Assembly: GCA_017475605.1 (NCBI GenBank)
Contig: JAFVFD010000005.1
Span: forward strand, 383,726-415,725
DNA: 32,000 bases
DNA from: Alphaproteobacteria bacterium
Lineage (GTDB): Bacteria; Pseudomonadota; Alphaproteobacteria; Rs-D84
Reading direction: 5' to 3'
Notes under the pieces: generated by a model
What the model saw: only the letters and a program-made list of their open reading frames with translations
Told to the model about the DNA's origin: nothing
Databases searched by the model: none
Translations under genes and position numbers: made by a program
In this document: piece after piece, positions 25,701 through 31,751 of the stretch
Numbering within the stretch: position 1 is the first letter of the stretch
How the letters are laid out: each line of letters opens with the position of its first letter

Positions 25701-25882
25701 GAACCGCCGGTGCGTTGTTGGTAAATCGCGCAACCCAGGATATCCAAGATTCCGAATTGTCGGCTGCACAAAAGGCGGCATACGAAGATTGGATGAACAA
25801 GGTTGGTCGCCACATCACATGCTATATCGGTGGGGACGAAGCCGGTAATTATGGCGATGTGATTACAACGGCACTGGAATAA
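22766..25882 (+). CDS. Large secreted Cys-rich protein (1038 aa from ATG 22766), unknown family
   Basis: The signal peptide is MHFFKKTIGLMAVLCVIPGAFA|ATARPS. By my count the mature protein has about 42 Cys. It contains two exact-spacing six-Cys modules, further C-x6-C-x4-C-x6/7-C units, and two C-terminal Trp + Gly-zipper hydrophobic segments. A strong terminator follows. Confidence 0.85.
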   Translation: MHFFKKTIGLMAVLCVIPGAFAATARPSVITTAGSRMPTMVVKTSTAATSSGTTTSSALLADAECIDAYTECIKGADACGENFEECTTNVLFHGKMPGCLSTLAQCSSAGVNSLFGTSNIAALSNVATKNTYGEVTEYTYPTAGSVLGQMITAAAISNQYDTSTCVRRVTSCLKKDTVCGNDFELCTTNKEFRKQRVLCDSTLARCQAEGVIELLGSSNRTAVPTATSRIGEMISEGAALAAVNAVSTCYKVIDQCFLGACAENPYKCFENSSTSLASIVDAINSGSEITTDMIDTVINGSSIHGYIKNACLDTVGSNKYCYATFLGNGQMPTNAQLRDEDNQEEIFDEAYASRMNAGMKAKIADLIDKFDTRAKSKCTETIKSCAMRVCGGGIGSACYAAVFGGADKSINGSNTYEEIKTGCAPIVNTDTYCKYAAANPNSTGTYSYTYINRDAFDVLFPEYSGGTEIDSIGVVASLNSALATNYSDAAIAQLKKQCQSLATSCVKTMCGTDYTSCYRNRTDVASSLTNSGNSAFDASMNKVGGVLDYTIVLGLCLDTVKNASVCEEHLAIEGNKIKMAGAGTSSWGGASSVREGWIDAGAATKVTGEVRQVALTDAYGNELCRTQDGEECICNTVSESGKVCDIKEMIDYTTFVQTQAANSLFKDLIYDIEKEAQAKYNAKLTAEQNMCLAANAGGIVGNRDNGSTFMWVKLKGNRIPKDYTTNGLKQTAFATSNELYGSFCRVRVTLQSDDKKIQEAISGKSWNTAYYAVGDSFTCGSWIPESALDDLANAAADDATSNMRADQERVRTWTTILGALGGGAGGLALGENIRTGKTLGGLTGLSPDVQKNKAKSSKTSCIRAANEVAYPTATAQNVYDYSGTVASDARDLKAALDSELTLLNGQRTVLLTAINTTCADGDKTCLSNKENAIAKAKSDVQTTVASIKAGCDKATEDDVVASKDKTRGWISALSTITLGTAGALLVNRATQDIQDSELSAAQKAAYEDWMNKVGRHITCYIGGDEAGNYGDVITTALE
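22958..23083 (+). repeat. Six-Cys module, copy 1 (C-x6-C-x6-C-x6-C-x12-C-x6-C)
   Basis: The module reads ECIDAYTECIKGADACGENFEECTTNVLFHGKMPGCLSTLAQC. Confidence 0.8.
23258..23383 (+). repeat. Six-Cys module, copy 2 (identical Cys spacing, exactly 100 aa downstream of copy 1)
   Basis: The module reads TCVRRVTSCLKKDTVCGNDFELCTTNKEFRKQRVLCDSTLARC. It shares CG..FE.CTTN and C.STLA.C with copy 1. Confidence 0.8.
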
Positions 25883-25898
25883 TCACAGTCAAACAAAT

Positions 25899-25924
25899 TA
25901 ACCGCCCATTCGGGCGGTTTTTTG
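25899..25924 (+). terminator. Rho-independent terminator
   Basis: The sequence reads ACCGCCC-attc-GGGCGGT-TTTTT, 16 nt after the stop. Confidence 0.8.
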
Positions 25925-26121
25925 TGGGCGCTAGTTTTCTTGAATCTTGTTCCAGAAAACAACAACCTGCCCCACGGGGCAGGTATCGCGCATCAGACAA
26001 TCAAGTCATAAATCTTAAATCAGGAATCACAAATGTAGTCGCGATTAAATCAGCAATATGGTTAAACTCTGTTCTTGCGGGGGTGGGTTTTTTGTGATAA
26101 AATTAAAAGCACAGAGAGAAT

Positions 26122-28053
26122 ATGAAATATTTTGCCAGATTTTTGTTGGCTGTGTTATCTGTCGTGCCATTTGGCGCGAATTGTGCCAATATTCCGACAA
26201 CGCGCGGGAATAATTTAACCGCATATAACGGCGCGTCGGGAACCACAAATAATAATAATTGGAACGCGTTAATGAATGTGCGTTCGGGTGCGGACAGTGC
26301 CGATATGCCGGTGGCGGACTTTGGTAATTGTAATGCAATTGTTTTGCGCTGTGCGCAACCAAAATGCGCGAACGGTGGTTGCGTGGACGTGGATGTAACA
26401 TCGACAATTGTTGCGGGTTGTGTGCGTTCTAATGATGCGTGTGCAAAATATGGCGATGATTTGGTTGCGTATATTTCCGCGCAATTGGTGGCCCAGAGTA
26501 CCGCTAAATCAAACGCGGCGCAATCGGCCGCGGCAAATGCCGCCGCCGCACAAAGTGCACAGCAAATGGCCGCTATGCAACAACAGATGCAACAGATGCA
26601 ATCGCAAATGGCGGCACAAAATGCCGAAACCGTTGCCCAATTACAAGATGCGTTAGAGGAACAAAAACAATTAACCGCCCAGGCTATTGCCGATGCAACC
26701 GCGGCACGCACAACACAGGCTGCTGTCAATGTGGCTGCGGCGACTGCTGATACCGAATCAAATACGACACAAACGACGGCCCAGACCGCCGCGGCCGGTG
26801 CGTTGACAACGGCGCAACAATTGGCGGCACAAAGTGGTGTTTCAGCGGATATTTTGGCGCGCGAACAGATTTCTGGGCAAATTATGTCGGCAATCGAAAA
26901 CGCACAAACCCAGTTAAATAAACTTAAAGAGACAATGACCAATGTTTTTGATTACGCGGGTTGTGATTCGCGTGGCGATAATTGTACCGGCCCAAAGCGC
27001 GTTAAAACATTTAAACAAAAGGCTATGGATTTCTTTGAACCATACGACAATGTTTTGGACGATGTTTACGATGCCCTTATCCTTGCTCAATCGGTCGGCG
27101 TTGATATTACCGATATCTATATGATGTTAAACGATTCGTGTAATGTATGGGGCAAATATATGTGTAACCAGAATCAAGATTTGCGCTATACGACACAAAA
27201 TTGTCAAAAAGATGCATCGGGGGTATATCGTTCGGTTTCTGGTAAATTCGTGTTAGGTGATGCAAATTGTACAGTTGGAAAAATTATACCGGTGTCTGAT
27301 GGTGGGTGTCAGCCGTTGGGCCTTATTAACAATGACGAAGAAGTACGTTATAACTGGTTAAACCCGGATACCGGGGACGAAACTAATATCAAGGTTGGCT
27401 GTATGTCGGATATGTTGGACACTTCCGCATTGTTCCGCAATCGTAAAAAAGGTGCCAGTATTGATATCGAAACACTTAAACGCATAATCGAACAAGATGC
27501 ACCAAGTGTTTATGGCGCGCGCTTTGGTGGCCTGGGTACAACAACCGCGCCAGATCCAGACGGAATTAAGTATTGCAAGGTAAATCCGGAAACTTTTATC
27601 GAATTGGAAAAAATAGTGTCATTAAAAACATTGCCACAAAATGTATGTGTGACGGACGCATTTTTGAAATCAGAAGCAGAAAATAAAGAAGGTTTGGGGG
27701 GAAACTCTAGTGTAGATAATAATAAAAAAACAGCGTGCTTACAAACACAGGGTGCGGTGTATTCAGATACATTGAATGTGTGCTACTGTTTGAATCAAGA
27801 AATGCATGATAAAAACTTTTTTACCTGTGATCCTGCCGCAGGCGCAGAGCAAAAAAGAAAGGACGAATTAAAGGCAAAGTGCATGTATTGGGCATCGGTA
27901 AAAAGTAGCAGGGTTTTGACAAGAAATTATAAATCATACGATGAATGTATTTGTGAGGAAAGCGACGAAACAACAACATATTATACCAATGGTAACATGT
28001 GCGAATGTGCTGATGGGGAAAAGTTTAATACGGTAAATCTTAAATGCGAATAA
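26122..28053 (+). CDS. Secreted Cys-rich protein with a central Ala/Gln-rich region (643 aa), unknown family
   Basis: The signal peptide is MKYFARFLLAVLSVVPFGA. An N-terminal NCNAIVLRCAQPKCANGGC unit has the same C-x6-C-x4-C style as the 1038-aa protein. An Ala/Gln/Thr low-complexity or coiled-coil region of about 150 aa follows. The C-terminal half carries about 20 Cys, including CYC, CIC and CEC pairs. Confidence 0.85.
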   Translation: MKYFARFLLAVLSVVPFGANCANIPTTRGNNLTAYNGASGTTNNNNWNALMNVRSGADSADMPVADFGNCNAIVLRCAQPKCANGGCVDVDVTSTIVAGCVRSNDACAKYGDDLVAYISAQLVAQSTAKSNAAQSAAANAAAAQSAQQMAAMQQQMQQMQSQMAAQNAETVAQLQDALEEQKQLTAQAIADATAARTTQAAVNVAAATADTESNTTQTTAQTAAAGALTTAQQLAAQSGVSADILAREQISGQIMSAIENAQTQLNKLKETMTNVFDYAGCDSRGDNCTGPKRVKTFKQKAMDFFEPYDNVLDDVYDALILAQSVGVDITDIYMMLNDSCNVWGKYMCNQNQDLRYTTQNCQKDASGVYRSVSGKFVLGDANCTVGKIIPVSDGGCQPLGLINNDEEVRYNWLNPDTGDETNIKVGCMSDMLDTSALFRNRKKGASIDIETLKRIIEQDAPSVYGARFGGLGTTTAPDPDGIKYCKVNPETFIELEKIVSLKTLPQNVCVTDAFLKSEAENKEGLGGNSSVDNNKKTACLQTQGAVYSDTLNVCYCLNQEMHDKNFFTCDPAAGAEQKRKDELKAKCMYWASVKSSRVLTRNYKSYDECICEESDETTTYYTNGNMCECADGEKFNTVNLKCE

Positions 28054-28841
28054 AAAACGAAATCTTTAACGGTAAAATGTTATGCGCAATCGCCGCAATT
28101 TGTGCCGCGCTGTCGCCGGTATTTGCCGCAACGGGTAATGGTTGCGACAAGGACTCTAATGACCGCATTAACCCGGAAATCGCGTTGTGTTCCACACATG
28201 TTTATAATATCGGGCAAACGAAAAACCCGGCATCTGAAAATGACAAGCAATTAATGCGTGATGTGGTTGCGTTGAAAACAACCGTTATGACACAACAGAT
28301 GTATAAACAATACGAATATCTGGATGCGACATTAAAACGTTTTAAAACGCAGTTGGAAAAGGCTGTTTTAACCACTAAATTGGCGGCCGCCGGTGCGGAT
28401 ACATCCGCCGCGGGTTCTTCGTCCTATTCGGGCATATCGACGGGCAATTCAACATATCGCAGTATGGACAAAAACATTCGTCTTGCCGGTGCGCAAAATT
28501 GTATGACGATGACATCGTATCAAAATGCTTATTCGTGTTTATCGTCAAATGTTCAGTTGGTGTTAAATGCAGTCAACGGTGGAAATAGTGTTGGTGAAGC
28601 AAGAAAACAATTAGAAGCAGATTTGAAGGTTGCTGAAACTTGGACTATTATTTATAACAAAGACGGAAAATATACTACATCTGCTAACACAATTTCAGGT
28701 TTAGCAAACTGTAATTCATTAAGAAGCACACGTGATTCTGTGATTGGTTGCGCACAAGAGTTGAATGTTGCAATTGCGCGTTCTTTGGATGATCGCCAGC
28801 AGCGTCAGAATACGTATAACAGAAATAACCAACAAAATTAA
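28044..28841 (+). CDS. Secreted protein (265 aa, 6 Cys in the mature part), unknown family
   Basis: It overlaps the upstream gene by 10 nt, or starts at ATG 28077. The signal peptide is ..MLCAIAAICAALSPVFA|ATG. It has a helical Gln/Lys/Tyr-rich segment, a Gln/Asn-rich tail, and a strong terminator. Confidence 0.75.
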   Translation: MRIKNEIFNGKMLCAIAAICAALSPVFAATGNGCDKDSNDRINPEIALCSTHVYNIGQTKNPASENDKQLMRDVVALKTTVMTQQMYKQYEYLDATLKRFKTQLEKAVLTTKLAAAGADTSAAGSSSYSGISTGNSTYRSMDKNIRLAGAQNCMTMTSYQNAYSCLSSNVQLVLNAVNGGNSVGEARKQLEADLKVAETWTIIYNKDGKYTTSANTISGLANCNSLRSTRDSVIGCAQELNVAIARSLDDRQQRQNTYNRNNQQN

Positions 28842-28844
28842 AAT

Positions 28845-28870
28845 CACCGCCCATTCGGGCGGTTTTTTTA
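28845..28870 (+). terminator. Rho-independent terminator (same hairpin as at 25899)
   Basis: The sequence reads ACCGCCC-attc-GGGCGGT-TTTTTT. Its 23-nt core is identical to 25901-25923. Confidence 0.8.
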
Positions 28871-28937
28871 TTGGTTTCGTCTGATGGTGGATTGTTGCGC
28901 TTTGCTCGCAATGACAAATAAAATGTATTTTGGATAC

Positions 28938-28966
28938 TAAAAAACGCCCCGTGGGGCGTTTTTTTG
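28938..28966. terminator. Bidirectional rho-independent terminator (serves the minus-strand 419-aa gene)
   Basis: AAAAAA-CGCCC-cgtg-GGGCG-TTTTTTT lies 9 nt beyond the stop at 28975. Confidence 0.7.
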
Positions 28967-28974
28967 ATTTTTGC

Positions 28975-30234
28975 TTATGGGCATAACTCCAATTGCTTTA
29001 AGACGTTCTGGACATCGTTATTTATCGATACCGTTATTTGCCGTTGCAACCCGTCTGTGTATGTATAATAAAACTTCTGATCCGCAAATTCAGGTGCCGC
29101 GGCATAGGCCTGTTGGAATGGTGCCAACATTGCCGCAAACCATTGACGACCACGACACAGACACCCGTTGCGAACGTCCGCCGCAACCGCCGCCGTTGCC
29201 GTATTTGGATATTTGGTATCCAATTCTTCGTCGGTCATCATAAGGCAACGCGAACCAAAACCATAGAAGTTTGCATCGTCCGCCATGAATTTGTAAATAA
29301 GCCCTTCGGATGCGCCGGCATTCTTTAATGAATATACCAGGCCGTCCGTACAGCACGCATTGGCCGAACGCATTAACATTTTATAGCGGTCCAACAATGG
29401 TGCCGCAACTGGTTCGGTCGCCTTGATTGATGCATTACATTTTGCCGCCGATATAAACGCGTTCAATGTATCAATGCGAATTGTCGGGCTGCGTGGAGAT
29501 ACGGTTTCGCGAACGATTGGTTTGCGCCGCCATATTTCACATTCTGTTTCACTGTCAAATGGGCAACCATCAGATGGACCAAATGCGACACTTACAATTT
29601 CGGTCATATCCTGGGCCGTATATTTCGGTGATGGCGCATATTCAGAATCGCAACCATCGGACCACAAATCGCATTGTGGCTTGTTTGGTTGTAATAATTC
29701 ATCAATGCGCGCACGTGTTGCGGCCGCATCAGCCATATTTTGATTATAGAGTTCAACCGCCGCATCATATTCGTATGATTCAGATGGGGCATCAACTTCG
29801 CGTAAATAGATTTCAGGCGATGGTTCCAGGAACCAGTCGGAAAAATCCTTGCGTTTATAATGCGCAATCGAATCGTCCCAAATTGGCACACCGTCGCGCC
29901 AGTCAACCGTCTTGTCGTGGGTATAACGCACCTTTGTGCCGGATGGTACCCCGTCCCATAATGCCGGGCGGGTGTCTTCTGGTACAGGCTTGATTGACAA
30001 GGTCTTGACCGAACGCATCGGTATTTGTGTTGCGTATATGTATTCGGTTGGCTGTTCATACTGAACAATCGGGGTTGGCGCAATATAGCCCACAGGTGCA
30101 GGCGCAGCAACCGCGGTGTCCGCATACATTATTTCATTAAAATCACATTCCGCCCCCGTACAATCAGACGCCAGGGCAGGTGTCATCCCGCATATTACAA
30201 GCAGAGATGAAAAAACATATTTTTTCATTTTCAT
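28975..30234 (-). CDS. Secreted Cys-rich protein (419 aa from ATG 30234), unknown family
   Basis: The signal peptide is MKMKKYVFSSLLVICGMTPALA|SDC. By my count the mature protein has about 13 Cys (CTGAEC, C-x6-C, ACC, CLC). It has a Pro/Tyr/Asp/Trp-rich N-terminal half. The ORF-track start at 30324 adds 30 unsupported codons. Confidence 0.8.
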   Translation of the reverse strand: MKMKKYVFSSLLVICGMTPALASDCTGAECDFNEIMYADTAVAAPAPVGYIAPTPIVQYEQPTEYIYATQIPMRSVKTLSIKPVPEDTRPALWDGVPSGTKVRYTHDKTVDWRDGVPIWDDSIAHYKRKDFSDWFLEPSPEIYLREVDAPSESYEYDAAVELYNQNMADAAATRARIDELLQPNKPQCDLWSDGCDSEYAPSPKYTAQDMTEIVSVAFGPSDGCPFDSETECEIWRRKPIVRETVSPRSPTIRIDTLNAFISAAKCNASIKATEPVAAPLLDRYKMLMRSANACCTDGLVYSLKNAGASEGLIYKFMADDANFYGFGSRCLMMTDEELDTKYPNTATAAVAADVRNGCLCRGRQWFAAMLAPFQQAYAAAPEFADQKFYYTYTDGLQRQITVSINNDVQNVLKQLELCP

Positions 30235-30241
30235 ACCCAAA

Positions 30242-30250
30242 ATTATATCA
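30242..30250 (-). promoter_or_regulatory. Extended -10 element TGATATAAT, 7 nt upstream of ATG 30234
   Basis: The minus strand reads TGATATAAT-tttgggt-ATG. The 9-mer and its spacing are identical to those at 11120-11128. Confidence 0.35.
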
Positions 30251-30365
30251 TAAAACGGTGGGATAAAAAACAGATTTTTTGTTGTTATATAAAGTTTATT
30301 TTGATTATAATCACAACATAGCATTTTTTATCAGTTCTTTTTTCATAAAACCATAAGGGGTAAAA

Positions 30366-31202
30366 ATGAAAAAACTTATTACACTTACATCAATATTTGC
30401 GCTTTGTTCTGTGCCTGCAATCGCAGATGAAGAAGGCGCAACAAAATCGGCAACCGCATTTCCACATGGACTGGAAATCGGGCTGGGGTTATCTGCAACA
30501 ACAGGGGTAAACGGCTTTGTTGGCTATGTGAACAAAGATTTTAATTCTTTCTGGTGGAAACGCATTGGTGTGCGCGCAGATTTCGCAACAACTAAACCAT
30601 TAAAGTCGACAATCAATTCATTTGTTGATTCCGCCATGGGCGATGATGGAATAGAGGTTGGCGATTATATGACAATAACAAACGGGGGTATCGAATCAAA
30701 CCATTTTGCTGCGCTGGTTGATTTTTACCCGTTCGGCGATACTTGGTTCTTGGGTGGGTTGCGTGTATCGACCGGGTATGTGTTCGGTGATGCCAAGGTT
30801 AGTGCCTTAATCACAAGCAAGGCGGATACAGGCGCAATTGCCGGCAGCGAATTCGAATTAAATGGTACAGAGTATAAATATGAAGGCGGCGACATTAAGG
30901 CCAAGGCCAAGGCGGACTGGAAATTATCTGGCCCATATCTGGGGGCTGGTTTTGATTTGGGGATTTATCGCGGCTTCAAATTATTTATGGATGCAGGTGT
31001 GGTATTTACAACAAAATCTGCGGAATTGTCGCTTGATGTGCCTGAAACTGGGCTTAAATATAAAAATGGCGGTTCCTGGACAGATGTGGATATAACCAAA
31101 TTGGCAAATGATATAAATGCGACAGTTCAAGACGCACAAAGCGATTTAGACGATTATAAGTTCTTTCCGATGATAAAGGTTGGGTTTATGTATCGTTTCT
31201 AG
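30366..31202 (+). CDS. Outer-membrane beta-barrel protein (278 aa)
   Basis: AAGGGG lies 5 nt upstream of the ATG. The signal peptide is MKKLITLTSIFALCSVPAIA|DEE. Alternating hydrophobic beta-strand patterns with Gly and aromatic girdles run through the protein. The C-terminus ..KVGFMYRF ends in a terminal Phe, the OMP sorting signature. TATAAT lies at 30306-30311. Confidence 0.8.
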   Translation: MKKLITLTSIFALCSVPAIADEEGATKSATAFPHGLEIGLGLSATTGVNGFVGYVNKDFNSFWWKRIGVRADFATTKPLKSTINSFVDSAMGDDGIEVGDYMTITNGGIESNHFAALVDFYPFGDTWFLGGLRVSTGYVFGDAKVSALITSKADTGAIAGSEFELNGTEYKYEGGDIKAKAKADWKLSGPYLGAGFDLGIYRGFKLFMDAGVVFTTKSAELSLDVPETGLKYKNGGSWTDVDITKLANDINATVQDAQSDLDDYKFFPMIKVGFMYRF

Positions 31203-31315
31203 GTGGGGTAAAATCGTGCCGAATCGGTAAAAACGGTCGGCACGAATCGCTTTTTAGCCATAAAACCGAATCGTAAAAAGTGGCAAAAAACAAAAAATCA
31301 ATAAAAAAGTGAAAA

Positions 31316-31350
31316 ATAAAAATCGCGGAAATCTGCGATTTTTTAATTTT
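31316..31350 (+). terminator. Probable terminator or insulator upstream of the rRNA promoter
   Basis: The sequence reads AAAAATAAAA-AATCGC-ggaaatct-GCGATT-TTTTAATTTTTTT. Confidence 0.4.
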
Positions 31351-31385
31351 TTTAGATTTTTTCATAATTATTTTTGAAAAACCGC

Positions 31386-31416
31386 TTGACTTTTTCTTGG
31401 TTTCAATTCATACTAT
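31386..31416 (+). promoter_or_regulatory. Candidate rRNA operon promoter with an A/T-rich UP-like region
   Basis: TTGACT (31386-31391) is followed by CATACT (17-nt spacer) or TACTAT (19-nt spacer). The 90 nt upstream are A/T tracts. The site lies about 340 nt upstream of the mature 16S 5' end. Confidence 0.45.
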
Positions 31417-31751
31417 GCGGGCTTTCAAGTTGGGAACCAAATAGATATGACTCTCAACCCCTGAAATTCTGCGGTTATCGGAACGAACGCTAAGAACGGG
31501 GTACCGGTGGAACTGCAAAACATTGTGAATAAAAGCAGCTCATCAAAATTCAAGAAGGGATGTGCAGACAGTTGAATTTGGAATATCCAAACTTTGACTA
31601 AGTCAAATGTGCATATCCTAGACAGGTAGTAGGTTTACATATTAAACCTCGTTAAAAACTTGTCTTGCGAATAATCATATATGTAAAGACGAACTGAATA
31701 TAAAGTCAGCTTTGTTTTATAATGCACAGGACTTTAACCACAAGTTTTTTA

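Noticed and set aside
26103-26942. 279-aa minus-strand ORF rich in Ala/Cys
   Set aside because: It is antisense to the Ala/Gln-rich (GCN/CAR codon) segment of the 643-aa gene. It has no RBS and low-complexity content. The + strand gene has a signal peptide, an RBS and a terminator.
31203-31260. Hairpin CGTGCCGA...TCGGCACG after the OMP gene as its terminator, and repeated GAATCG words
   Set aside because: The stem is plausible but has a 14-nt loop, and the T5 tract lies 6 nt away from the stem. The GAATCG repeats are too short to distinguish from chance. I kept only the better hairpin at 31316-31350 as a low-confidence feature.
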